Assembly: GCA_964370875.1 (NCBI GenBank)
Contig: CAYJLM010000001.1
Coordinates: forward strand, 1 to 46,303
DNA from: an uncultured Gammaproteobacteria bacterium
GTDB lineage: Bacteria > Patescibacteriota > Patescibacteriia > JACQRZ01
DNA: 46,303 nt
Direction: 5' to 3'
Shown here: positions 25,534 through 34,464 of the stretch, piece after piece
Position numbering within the stretch: position 1 is the stretch's first letter
Layout of the letters: every line of letters begins with the position of its first letter
The notes under the pieces: generated by a model
The model's database searches: none
The model's input: the letters and a program-made list of their open reading frames with translations, nothing else
What the model was told of the DNA's origin: nothing
Position numbers and translations under genes: made by a program

Positions 25534-25562
25534 ATAATATACCTAATCGGTTAGGTTGTCAA
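25534..25562 (-). promoter_or_regulatory. Consensus sigma70 promoter TTGACA-17-TATTAT with palindromic spacer
   Basis: On the - strand, the -35 is at 25562-25557 and the -10 at 25539-25534. The spacer contains ACCTAA-N4-TTAGGT (25541-25556). Confidence 0.65.
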
Positions 25563-25641
25563 GCGATTTATGGCATAGGTTGGATTGAGTTGTTCCAGAG
25601 TTGACACGGGAATAGTGGGGGTGGTTGGTATTGCGCTGGCG

Positions 25642-25956
25642 CTAGTCGTCCAGTTGTTGAGAGAGTTCCAGAGTCGTGTCTGGTTGTAGTGTAACCACAT
25701 TGGCCGTACACCGACTCCAGTCCAGCGCCGCCAGTTCGTTTACTGCCTGCGGGTCAACGGGTCGCCACTCTGGAAGCGCGGTTATCCAGTAATTTATCAG
25801 GGTGAGGGGTTCGTCAGAGACCGACTCGCCCGCCAGGGCCGCCTCAATCCCGTCTGTTATCATCTTGAAATCGCGTCGCCATTGGATTTTATGGTTGCGA
25901 TTGATTGCCAACCATAGCTTAATCAGGTTTCGGCGGCGTTCAGTTTTGAGCGGCAT
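25642..25956 (-). CDS. Hypothetical protein (ORFan)
   Basis: ATG 25956 (MPLKTERRRN), with TAATG overlap to the upstream gene. Confidence 0.45.
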   Translation of the reverse strand: MPLKTERRRNLIKLWLAINRNHKIQWRRDFKMITDGIEAALAGESVSDEPLTLINYWITALPEWRPVDPQAVNELAALDWSRCTANVVTLQPDTTLELSQQLDD

Positions 25957-26198
25957 TAGAGTGTTACCTCGGCGGCGATCTCGCGCACCACTACTTGCCA
26001 TTCGTCGGTGTCTGTGTAGAACTCAAGGCTTTTATTCATGTGATACTCACAGCCCCGTCCATGTAAAATCTCCTTGCCGCTCACATGAATAGCTATAAGT
26101 TCGTGCGTTGTTGGTTTCCGACAAACCATGTTTACACCCTGTGGTTTGATTCGCTTGATAAACGCTTTGCAGGGGTCGCCGGGTTTGTTGGTTATCAT
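25956..26198 (-). CDS. Hypothetical protein (ORFan)
   Basis: 80-aa ORF, coupled to its neighbours. Confidence 0.45.
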   Translation of the reverse strand: MITNKPGDPCKAFIKRIKPQGVNMVCRKPTTHELIAIHVSGKEILHGRGCEYHMNKSLEFYTDTDEWQVVVREIAAEVTL

Positions 26199-26407
26199 TA
26201 TAGAGTTACCTCATATTCCGTGTGAGCATAGGTCGCCGGGCCGTAGGTCTTGCGAGTCATGTAGCCTGCTTCAACTAACGATGTCACCATTTCGTAAGTC
26301 AACCATTCGGGCCAGTACATCAACTTGCCGTGAGAGAAGCACCCGCTGGCGTACATTCGGTAAACTAATTCTTTGCCTTCGGTTGCGGGTTGGGTTTCGG
26401 TTGTCAT
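26198..26407 (-). CDS. Hypothetical protein (ORFan)
   Basis: 69-aa ORF, coupled to its neighbours. Confidence 0.45.
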   Translation of the reverse strand: MTTETQPATEGKELVYRMYASGCFSHGKLMYWPEWLTYEMVTSLVEAGYMTRKTYGPATYAHTEYEVTL

Positions 26408-26589
26408 TTGGCATTGGCCTTATAAACGCTGAAGCGGTTGTGATCTTCCGGCTTCCCACAGATGGATTCGATTCGTTTCAGGCTGGCGGCGCTGATTGCC
26501 TTGTACATTCGCATCGGCTTATCCGAGTAAATTACTACGGGGTATTGAGTTGACTTCGGGTCTTTGGCAATTCGGAAGGTTTTGTTCAT
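26404..26589 (-). CDS. Hypothetical protein (ORFan)
   Basis: 61-aa ORF with ATGA overlap. Confidence 0.45.
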   Translation of the reverse strand: MNKTFRIAKDPKSTQYPVVIYSDKPMRMYKAISAASLKRIESICGKPEDHNRFSVYKANAK

Positions 26590-26650
26590 GGATAAATAGT
26601 ATCCGATCCTGTAGGGTGTTGCTTGACGCTTACCCCACGCCTCTCTTAAA

Positions 26651-26938
26651 TTATTCAGACAGACGCTGGGCCTTGATTATCAGCATCCGGGCGATACGGT
26701 GCTTGCAGACATACCCGCGCCGATTATCTTCACAATCACAAGTGGCAACCGTTGCCATGTGCCAGTCGTTTACATTCACGTCCAGCCGCCCATCTTCCAG
26801 CAACCGCGTGTCGTTGCGCTGGACAATTCCCAACGCCCGGTTGAGTCGTTTTGGCTCAAACACACGGGCAAGCCGGGCCAGATTGTAAGCCTTCATCAGG
26901 GTACTGCGGGTTACTTTGGCGGTCAGGGTTGCGTTCAT
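26651..26938 (-). CDS. SWIM-type zinc-finger protein
   Basis: TCDCEDNRRGYVCKHRIA matches the SWIM signature CxCx(n)CxH. It is the first gene of this leftward block, and I saw no SD before its ATG. Confidence 0.6.
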   Translation of the reverse strand: MNATLTAKVTRSTLMKAYNLARLARVFEPKRLNRALGIVQRNDTRLLEDGRLDVNVNDWHMATVATCDCEDNRRGYVCKHRIARMLIIKAQRLSE

Positions 26939-27039
26939 GGATACAGATTAGCACTTTGCGGATTTCCGTACCCAATGCCAGCCTTAAATAATTGCTGGTT
27001 TACCCTACTATCCTGTTTCAATTAGGTTACATAATTGGC

Positions 27040-27067
27040 TTGCCCTAATCGAAAAACGGTATAAAAT
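27040..27067 (+). promoter_or_regulatory. Candidate late-block promoter TTGCCC-16-TAAAAT
   Basis: -35 at 27040-27045 and -10 at 27062-27067, in the divergent intergenic region. It overlaps a TTAGGT-N17-CCCTAA inverted repeat (27022-27050). Confidence 0.4.
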
Positions 27068-27134
27068 GGGGGTGTATCCTCTCCTCTTCCGTAGCCTCCT
27101 CGTCCCGTTGTGGGGCGGGGAGGCGAAAGGGATT

Positions 27135-27401
27135 ATGACTAATCCACCTGAATCATCTTGGTACAATTCTGACTATCTCAATCAGCTTAACGTGTTACGC
27201 CACATGCAGCAGCGACAACTTTCCGCCCAGGGTGACCCCTTCCGCCCTGGCCCGTTCGAGTTGTCGGATGAGAGCGATGAATCGCCGCAACATAACCCAC
27301 TGCCGCAGGTGGACAGGCGTGTGAGCCGGGTAGTGGTTGCGGTCATCGTGGCAATGGCGGTGGTAGGGGCCACGATGCTGGTGTGGGCGGTGTGGGGATG
27401 A
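27135..27401 (+). CDS. C-terminally anchored small membrane protein
   Basis: ATG 27135 (MTNPPESSWYN) lies behind GGAGGCGAAAGGGA; the track's start at 27066 abuts the putative -10. C-terminal TM segment VVVAVIVAMAVVGATMLVWAVWG. Confidence 0.45.
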   Translation: MTNPPESSWYNSDYLNQLNVLRHMQQRQLSAQGDPFRPGPFELSDESDESPQHNPLPQVDRRVSRVVVAVIVAMAVVGATMLVWAVWG

Positions 27402-28618
27402 CCCAATTCCGCACCTCGAAGCGCAACAACAACAAGCACACCCAGCGCGGGATGGGACTACTCGCCAACTCCATGCGCGAGGATGGCTATGTTGCGCCGG
27501 TGACGGTTGCGGCAGACGGCGAGTCGCTGGACGGTTCGGCCAGGCTCGAGACGATTGAGGAAGTGTTTCCGAATGCCGAGCCGATAATTATTCACAGTGA
27601 CGGCACACGCCCAATCGTACACGTTAGAGATGACATCCAAAACGCAGAGCAGCCCATCGCCCGCCGGATTGCGACTCGCGCCAATCGAATCGCCCAACTC
27701 AATCTTGATTATGATGTTGACGTGCTGCTGCAAGACGCGGCGGCGGGTATTGATTTGGACGCGCTAGGGCTGCGAGATGATGAAGTAAAAGAGCTAATGG
27801 CGAAGGCGGGGATGGAGATGGGGGGGCAGGCCGACGCCGAGCCGCAGATAGACAAAGCCGCCGAACTCAATAAGAAGTGGAAAGTGAAGCGCGGCGACTT
27901 GTGGAGCATCGGTGAGCATCGGTTATTGTGCGGGGATAGCACGGTACGCGAGGATGTGGAGCGGGTGATGGGCGGGGAGAGGGCGAGCATGGTTTTTACA
28001 GACCCGCCCTATAACGTTAATTATGGCGCGAACGCGAACCCGCGATGGCGGGTTCGCGTAATAGAGAACGACTCAAAGACCCCAGAAGATTGGGCGAAGT
28101 TCTGCGAGTTGTGGATGCAGTCTATTTTCAGTGTGGCTGATGGTGGGGTTTATATCTGCATGAGCGACAAAGAGCTTCCGTCCGTCACGAGCGCATTTCT
28201 AAAAGCGGGCGGGCATTGGAGTTCCTATATTGTCTGGGTGAAGGATAGGTTCGTTTTAGGTCTAAAGGACTACCATTCTCGAAACGAGAAAATACTATAC
28301 GGCTGGGTTGAAGGCAAGTCCCATGTGTTCACGGGCGGGCGCGATAAGGACGATGTGTGGGAGATAGCGCGGCCATCGACCAGCGAAGAACACCCAACCA
28401 TGAAGCCCGTCGAATTGGTGGCGCGGGCGGTAGCCAACTCATCCGATTTAGGCGACAACGTATATGAGCCTTTTGCTGGCTCTGGTACAACCCTCGTCGC
28501 CTGCCAGAATCTAAGCCGCAAGTGCCGCGCTATCGAAATCAGCGAAAATTATTGTGCTGTTATTTTGGAGAGGATGGCAACCGCCTTTCCCGCCCTGCCA
28601 ATTGAGCTAATACCATGA
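27398..28618 (+). CDS. ParB-like N-terminal domain fused to N6/N4 DNA methyltransferase (beta class)
   Basis: The N-terminus has ..VTVAADGESLDGSARLE (ParB-like DGxxR). The methylase has FTDPPYNVNYG and HPTMKPVELVARAV..VYEPFAGSGTT (PF01555 pattern). ATGA overlap upstream. Confidence 0.85.
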   Translation: MTQFRTSKRNNNKHTQRGMGLLANSMREDGYVAPVTVAADGESLDGSARLETIEEVFPNAEPIIIHSDGTRPIVHVRDDIQNAEQPIARRIATRANRIAQLNLDYDVDVLLQDAAAGIDLDALGLRDDEVKELMAKAGMEMGGQADAEPQIDKAAELNKKWKVKRGDLWSIGEHRLLCGDSTVREDVERVMGGERASMVFTDPPYNVNYGANANPRWRVRVIENDSKTPEDWAKFCELWMQSIFSVADGGVYICMSDKELPSVTSAFLKAGGHWSSYIVWVKDRFVLGLKDYHSRNEKILYGWVEGKSHVFTGGRDKDDVWEIARPSTSEEHPTMKPVELVARAVANSSDLGDNVYEPFAGSGTTLVACQNLSRKCRAIEISENYCAVILERMATAFPALPIELIP

Positions 28619-29127
28619 GCCAGCACAGCGAACAAAAACGGGAACATAGCAAAGCCGATGCGATTGAATACGAAAAGCGCGTTGAGACTGTCCGCCAATT
28701 GATTATCAGCGGGGCGGATATGCGGGCATTAGTGCCAGACATTACCGCCCGCTGGAATATCAAGCCGCGTATGTTCCGGCGCTATTTGTTTGAGGCCCGC
28801 AAGCGAAATCAGGCTTACGCCGAAGTCCAGACAACCGAAATGTATGCCGAACATATTGCCCATCGGCGCGACCTCCGCAGGCGGGCGAAAGAGAAGGGTA
28901 ATCTCAAGGCGGAATTGGCGGCGGCCCAAGATGAGGCTAAACTCATTGGCCTCTATGAGTCGGACAGGCAGAGCAAGGAATATCTGGAATGGCTAAAGGC
29001 AAATGGACTCACCGAATCTGAAGCGGTTACTCAGTTCCGCACCCTCCTCGGTGCTGACAAGGTTGGCAGCCAAAGCGCTGACGAGCCAACCGCCAGCCTC
29101 CCTCCCGCCGACCGCGCTGGGGAGTAG
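28615..29127 (+). CDS. Putative terminase small subunit
   Basis: 170-aa basic/helical protein immediately upstream of and overlapping terL. Call is by position only. Confidence 0.45.
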   Translation: MSQHSEQKREHSKADAIEYEKRVETVRQLIISGADMRALVPDITARWNIKPRMFRRYLFEARKRNQAYAEVQTTEMYAEHIAHRRDLRRRAKEKGNLKAELAAAQDEAKLIGLYESDRQSKEYLEWLKANGLTESEAVTQFRTLLGADKVGSQSADEPTASLPPADRAGE

Positions 29128-30643
29128 GCTGGCGTGGCAGCCACAGGCCGGGCCGCAGACCGAAGCTTACAACTGCATAGCTGATGTTATCGGATATGGC
29201 GGGGCTGCGGGTGGCGGTAAATCCGATTTAGGTCTGGGGCTGGCCGGGGGGAAACACAAACGCTCCCTTATTCTTCGTCGTGAATACCCGCGCGTTCGTG
29301 CCCTGATTGAGCGCAGTAAAGAAATCTACACCGACCTTGCATCCTACAATGACCAATTGCATATCCAGCGTTTCCACGATGGGCGGATTATAGAGTTTGG
29401 GTCGTGCCAGTACGAGGATGACAAGAAAGGCTATCAGGGCCGCCCGTATGACCTGTACGTGTTCGATGAAGTCCCCGAATTTACCGAGTCAATGGTTAGA
29501 TTTATTTCGGCCTGGAATCGCACCACCGCACCGGGCCAGCATTGCCAGATATTACTAACCTTCAACCCGCCGATTGATATGCAGGGTGATTGGGTTAACC
29601 GCTACTTTGCGCCCTGGCTAGACCCCGGTCATAAGCGCCCGGCCAAAGACGGGGAACTCCGCTGGTATGCAATGTTGAACGGCAAGGAAACCGAACTTGA
29701 CTCAAGCGAACCGTTTGAGCATATCTTACCCAACGGCGATGCTGAATTGATAGTCCCCAAATCACGCACGTTCTTTCATGCCTCGCTCAAAGATAATCCA
29801 ATCCTAGAGGCCACCGGCTACGGGGCAACGATTGACGCATTGCCCGAACCATTGCGCTCCATCCTCAAGGGCAACTTTGATGCAGCCCGGATTGATGCGC
29901 CCTTTCAGGTTATCCCGATTAAGTGGGTGATGGAAGCTCAAGCCCGCTGGAAGCCCGAAGCCCCTCGGATGGATAACGGGCAACTCTACCCACTGACGCG
30001 AGTCGGGGCGGATATCGCGTTGGGCGGTGATGACAAGACGGTATTCAGCCCCAGACGTGGGCGGTGGTTTGATAAGCTCATCAAATATGACGGACGTGAT
30101 ACACCGGACGGACAGACGATTGCCGCGCTATTCACTAAACATTTTGGCGGGGAAAAGCCGCGCCAAACGAATGTAGATGTGATCGGCGTGGGGGCTACGG
30201 CTTACGACCATCTCAAGGTTAAGTTTAGATGCGTTCCCGTGAACTTCTCGGAGGGTGCGGACTACGGGGACAATATCGCTGTGACCGATTCGAGCGGGAC
30301 ATTATTTATGGCAAACGTGCGGGCCTGGGCCTGGTGGTCGGCCCGCGAGGCGCTTGACCCATCCAGCGGCCTCAATCTAGCCCTGCCACCTGACCCGGAA
30401 CTACTCGCAGACCTATGCGCCCCGCAGTGGAAGATGCGCGGCAACAAGCTATACATCGAAAGCAAGGCCGAAATCAAGAAGCGGCTGGGGCGTTCACCGG
30501 ACTGCGGCGATGCGTGGGTGCTTGCGAATTTCGAGGGAGGGGGTACAATACCAGAGACCCAACCGACTCAAGTCAGTAAGTGGGCCGAACCGCAGACGCA
30601 AGGCAGCGAGGACGAGTCGGGTAGCAAGTTCAAACGATATTAG
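29003..30643 (+). CDS. terL: Terminase large subunit
   Basis: WQPQAGPQTEAY..VIGYGGAAGGGKSD (Walker A) and LYVFDEV (Walker B), plus a C-terminal nuclease-like region. ATG 29003 overlaps the upstream gene by 125 nt. No canonical in-frame start lies nearer the upstream stop (in-frame GTG 29051 and TTG 29063 still overlap by more than 60 nt), so the start is uncertain. Confidence 0.8.
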   Translation: MDSPNLKRLLSSAPSSVLTRLAAKALTSQPPASLPPTALGSRLAWQPQAGPQTEAYNCIADVIGYGGAAGGGKSDLGLGLAGGKHKRSLILRREYPRVRALIERSKEIYTDLASYNDQLHIQRFHDGRIIEFGSCQYEDDKKGYQGRPYDLYVFDEVPEFTESMVRFISAWNRTTAPGQHCQILLTFNPPIDMQGDWVNRYFAPWLDPGHKRPAKDGELRWYAMLNGKETELDSSEPFEHILPNGDAELIVPKSRTFFHASLKDNPILEATGYGATIDALPEPLRSILKGNFDAARIDAPFQVIPIKWVMEAQARWKPEAPRMDNGQLYPLTRVGADIALGGDDKTVFSPRRGRWFDKLIKYDGRDTPDGQTIAALFTKHFGGEKPRQTNVDVIGVGATAYDHLKVKFRCVPVNFSEGADYGDNIAVTDSSGTLFMANVRAWAWWSAREALDPSSGLNLALPPDPELLADLCAPQWKMRGNKLYIESKAEIKKRLGRSPDCGDAWVLANFEGGGTIPETQPTQVSKWAEPQTQGSEDESGSKFKRY

Positions 30644-30652
30644 GAGCGCGAC

Positions 30653-30886
30653 ATGGAAATCCAATTACCGCTACACGTTCATGAATTTTATCCCGACGAC
30701 AACGCGGCCCATTTCTCTCTCGCTGTTTCTTTTGTTCCCCGTCATCGCTGGATAGCCAAAAAGTGCGCTTGCGGTTATGGGGTGTCAATCGCCTTGTTTT
30801 TGGATAAGCCGTTATACATCGAACATCGGCGTGACGGTCAACAAATCTACACTAAATCATTCATCGGAGACGCGCAGTCTCAATAA
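30653..30886 (+). CDS. Hypothetical protein
   Basis: 77-aa ORF with SD AGGAG, between terL and the portal gene. Confidence 0.45.
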   Translation: MEIQLPLHVHEFYPDDNAAHFSLAVSFVPRHRWIAKKCACGYGVSIALFLDKPLYIEHRRDGQQIYTKSFIGDAQSQ

Positions 30887-30889
30887 AAA

Positions 30890-32212
30890 ATGCCACTCAC
30901 TACCAGTCCCCTCGGCCAAACCGGCCTCCCCACTTTCAGCGGAATCGTCATGGACGACTTTCTGCAAGAGTTTCGCGGCGCGCAGAAATACAAACGCTTT
31001 GACGAGATGCGCCGCAATAGTGCCGAGATTGGGGCGTTACTGGCCTCGCTTGAGTTTGCGATACGCGGGACGGTGGAATGGGGCTGGGAGAGCGAACTGG
31101 GTGAGGATGACCCCCGGCTTGAATTTCTGGAGCGGGCGCTCAACAACTGCTCCCACTCGTGGAATGACCATATCTCTGAAGTCCTAACTATGCCGGTGTT
31201 TGGCTTCGCGCCGTTCGCCGTCTGGTATGAACGAGTCGAGAGTGAAATCTTATGGCGCAAGTATCTGATGATGGGGCAGGATACGGTACATCATTGGGAG
31301 TTTGACGAAGAGGGCGGGATTATGGGGATGTGGCAAACGGCCTACCCCAGATACACGCCGCAGTTCATCCCGATTGAGCGGATGATACTGTACCGGACAC
31401 GAGTCGAGCGCAACAACCCTGAAGGCCGTAGCCTATTGCGGAACGCCTGGATTGACTACTACCACGCCAAGATTGAAACGCAGATTGAGGGGATTGGCAT
31501 GGAGCGCGACTTGGCGGGTATGCCGGTGATTACACTGCCGCTGGGCGCAACCACTGACGAAAACGATTCGACCTCGGACGCATCCAAAGCGAATAAACTC
31601 GTTCGCAACGTTCGCAACGATGAACAAGCTGGCGTAGTGAAACCATCCGGCTGGGGATTTGAACTACTAGCCTCCGGTGGTGGCAAGAGTTTCGACACCG
31701 ATAAGATTATCAACCGCCACCACCAGCGAATGCTAATGAGTGTCCTATCTCAATTCCTGCTACTGGGACAGGAAGGGGTGGGAAGCCTGGCCCTCTCCGC
31801 CGACCAGACAGATTTTTATACGATGCTGGTCAACGGGGTGACAGACATCATCGCGGAAACGTTCACCAAGTTCGCCGTACCGCCTATCCTGAAACTTAAT
31901 GGCTATGACCCGAACGGCATCAAGCGCACCCATACCCCGGCAGGCGATGTGAATCTGGAAGCTCTGACGAACAGCCTGCAACGGGTGAGCGATAAACTGA
32001 CGTGGCGAACGGCTGATGAAGTCTGGCTGCGGCAGACGATGAAACTACCGGAAGCCGAACCGGAAGAGTTGGACGCCGAGAAACAAAAGAATCAAGAGCA
32101 GGCGATGGCCGAGGCCCGGGCGAAGGCGGCTGCTAACCCGCTTGCTAATTCGCAGTTACACGCCGAGTTCAAAACGGCCCTGACCCAATTTGAAGCGGCG
32201 ATGAAGGAATAA
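30890..32212 (+). CDS. Portal protein
   Basis: 440-aa ORF following the terminase. The acidic, helical C-terminus and size fit a portal (Mu gp29/DUF935-like by impression). Confidence 0.7.
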   Translation: MPLTTSPLGQTGLPTFSGIVMDDFLQEFRGAQKYKRFDEMRRNSAEIGALLASLEFAIRGTVEWGWESELGEDDPRLEFLERALNNCSHSWNDHISEVLTMPVFGFAPFAVWYERVESEILWRKYLMMGQDTVHHWEFDEEGGIMGMWQTAYPRYTPQFIPIERMILYRTRVERNNPEGRSLLRNAWIDYYHAKIETQIEGIGMERDLAGMPVITLPLGATTDENDSTSDASKANKLVRNVRNDEQAGVVKPSGWGFELLASGGGKSFDTDKIINRHHQRMLMSVLSQFLLLGQEGVGSLALSADQTDFYTMLVNGVTDIIAETFTKFAVPPILKLNGYDPNGIKRTHTPAGDVNLEALTNSLQRVSDKLTWRTADEVWLRQTMKLPEAEPEELDAEKQKNQEQAMAEARAKAAANPLANSQLHAEFKTALTQFEAAMKE

Positions 32213-32232
32213 CTACCTAGCGCGAGGTAACT

Positions 32233-32484
32233 ATGTCATCTAAATTTTCCACGTCATCCACGTTTGATTCGATTTTACAAACCCAATTCGTTGGGGAAAA
32301 TATTTACATTGACTTTCGGGAGGTTGTTTTTTGGACAATTGACGATTCGATTCCAGAGACTCCGTTAGTCGAACTGGTGATAAGGGGCGGCGCAAAACAG
32401 AGTATTGGCGGGGGAGACGCGCAAGGGTTTATTGATTACGTTCGGATGCACTTGAAATCGATAAGAGATGCCAAACCTGCCTGA
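32233..32484 (+). CDS. Hypothetical protein
   Basis: 83-aa ORF with SD GAGGT. Confidence 0.45.
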   Translation: MSSKFSTSSTFDSILQTQFVGENIYIDFREVVFWTIDDSIPETPLVELVIRGGAKQSIGGGDAQGFIDYVRMHLKSIRDAKPA

Positions 32485-33256
32485 CGCGGCCTCTGCCCTC
32501 ACCAACATGGCGCAATCGCTCAATCTCCGCGATGATTTTGCGGTCTATAAATCCGGCATTGAGCGGCAGTATACGGACAGGCTTGAGGCAATAGCCGACA
32601 GTGAAGCCGATGAACAGCGCAAGCGGGACGAAATCATCGCACTCATTCTTTTGTTTCTGCTGCTGGCTTACCTGGACGGGCAGCGGAGCATGGGCGTGAA
32701 CGTCACCGAAGGCACATTGACAGGTGACGATAGGATAGCACTCGCGGCATTGCAGGCCGGGCAGCTTGAGTTTGCCGCCGGATTGGCCGAAGCGATGAAG
32801 GCCGCCGATACCGAACGGGTACAACTGCGGCAGGCAGTCCAATTGCGAGATGAGATTACAAGTAATCCCAGCGTAACACCCGCCGAACGACAGGCCGCGA
32901 ATACAGTTGTAGAACGTCATCAGGTGGCTACCATCAAGGCCCGCGCCGAAGTGACTCGCCGGGTTGGGATGTGGGGCGGAAGTTTGGCAGTGGCAAGGCT
33001 GGCAGGTATCAAGGCCGGGGGCGATAAGCGCGGGGTGGAGGTGTACGCGACGTGGAAGTACGACCCGACAAAGGAACATTGTGAGGCCCACGATGGGCGG
33101 GTCTCATGTGAGTGGCTAAACGGGCAGCGTCACCCGCTCTCATGGTATTTTGAGCATGACTATATTCCACGTCAGGCCGGAAGCAAGACGCTCGGCTGCG
33201 GCGGGTGGGAATGTGGTTGTAGACTCGAACTCGATTCAAAAGGTCAGTTGATATGA
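32468..33256 (+). CDS. Head morphogenesis protein (Mu F / SPP1 gp7-like)
   Basis: Position after the portal. C-terminal YATWKYDPTKEHCEAHDGRVSCEWLNG resembles the Phage_Mu_F motif. Confidence 0.65.
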   Translation: MPNLPDAASALTNMAQSLNLRDDFAVYKSGIERQYTDRLEAIADSEADEQRKRDEIIALILLFLLLAYLDGQRSMGVNVTEGTLTGDDRIALAALQAGQLEFAAGLAEAMKAADTERVQLRQAVQLRDEITSNPSVTPAERQAANTVVERHQVATIKARAEVTRRVGMWGGSLAVARLAGIKAGGDKRGVEVYATWKYDPTKEHCEAHDGRVSCEWLNGQRHPLSWYFEHDYIPRQAGSKTLGCGGWECGCRLELDSKGQLI

Positions 33257-33507
33257 TAAGACAAAATATATTTTTCTGCATAGTTTGTAATTCATTCGCA
33301 CAGGGGTCTTGTATTGGAGAAGCCAATATAGAAAATACTGGCGTGGGTGGTTGGTATTGTCCGCACCACGAAACACCCGTTGTGATTAAGGCTTGCGAAA
33401 CATTGGCGGAGTTATATAACAGGAAAGAATTTGCACTTGACCGCAACGGTCATGTTTTCGATACCGTCACCGACGAACAAATTCCAAATAAGTCCATACA
33501 ATTATGA
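33253..33507 (+). CDS. Cys-rich hypothetical protein (AT-rich insert)
   Basis: 84-aa ORF; FCIVCNSF..CIGE..YCPHH. Visibly AT-richer than the flanking genes. Confidence 0.45.
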   Translation: MIRQNIFFCIVCNSFAQGSCIGEANIENTGVGGWYCPHHETPVVIKACETLAELYNRKEFALDRNGHVFDTVTDEQIPNKSIQL

Positions 33508-33944
33508 CCCGCCTTAGTGTTAAATCTAACGCAATCGAGATAGCCGCCGTGATTGGTGAGTATGGCGACTCGATTACCATTATTACCCGCGAGGAAATGG
33601 CCGATGGAGTTTTGAGAGCTTCGGATCGCGCGATAGTTTATCCGCCAGAACTACCCGGACAACAATACCGGCGAACTGGTATTCTTGGAAGAAAAACGGT
33701 TTCTTACTTTCATGGTGGCTCCGGGGTTGGTGTATTTGGCGTTGAATCTAAGGCGGTTCAACTCGGCAAGCATTATTCGTCCTACCCGCTAGGTGATGAG
33801 AATGGGCGCGGGCAGGCACTTATCCATGCCGGACGGTGGGAAGTTTTACGAAAAGCATTTGATGAAGAGTTGGCCGTCGCTGTCAATAATATCTCCAATC
33901 GGCTACAAGATTTAGCAAATCAGCTTGGGATTGGCCGCAAGTAG
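33504..33944 (+). CDS. Hypothetical protein
   Basis: 146-aa ORF with ATGA overlap. Confidence 0.5.
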   Translation: MTRLSVKSNAIEIAAVIGEYGDSITIITREEMADGVLRASDRAIVYPPELPGQQYRRTGILGRKTVSYFHGGSGVGVFGVESKAVQLGKHYSSYPLGDENGRGQALIHAGRWEVLRKAFDEELAVAVNNISNRLQDLANQLGIGRK

Positions 33945-33952
33945 AGGACGCA

Positions 33953-34213
33953 ATGAACGAACAAGCAGAACAAAAAAGATACGTTGTTATTTACGAGAAG
34001 GGAATTGACAAGTATTCGGTTTTAGATGTTGATATTATGGACAGACTTAAATCTAATTATTTGTGGAACGGCGAAGCATATAAAACATTCGATGAAGCTC
34101 TAGCGGTTGTGCCGATTGAGAACCGAAACGATAGGCGCGATGATTACTGGAACGAGAAAGCGTTTTGCGCGTCTGGGGGTTTACTGGGACATTCATCGTT
34201 TGCGGGCGGGTAA
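33953..34213 (+). CDS. Hypothetical protein (AT-rich insert)
   Basis: 86-aa ORF with SD GAGGA. Confidence 0.45.
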   Translation: MNEQAEQKRYVVIYEKGIDKYSVLDVDIMDRLKSNYLWNGEAYKTFDEALAVVPIENRNDRRDDYWNEKAFCASGGLLGHSSFAGG

Positions 34214-34233
34214 TCCATTTCGCGATTGTTTAT

Positions 34234-34464
34234 ATGACCAACGGCAACGGACACGGCAAGTATTTACCACCCTCCGAACGACCGCGCCCGATGACGGTAA
34301 CGCTGGCCGAAGAGAGGATGCTACGTCGTATCCGGCAATTGGCGCATCAGGGGGCGGTGGAGGAGGTTGTCTTGCGTCTCAAGCCGTTATCGCTACGCCT
34401 GCTGGGGGGGCGGGAAATCCTTGAACCCGAACCCGCCGAAGCCGCATTTGACAATTTGCCATAA
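34234..34464 (+). CDS. Hypothetical protein
   Basis: ATG 34234 (MTNGNGHGKY). No clear SD; the track ORF starts at TTG 34165. Confidence 0.35.
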   Translation: MTNGNGHGKYLPPSERPRPMTVTLAEERMLRRIRQLAHQGAVEEVVLRLKPLSLRLLGGREILEPEPAEAAFDNLP

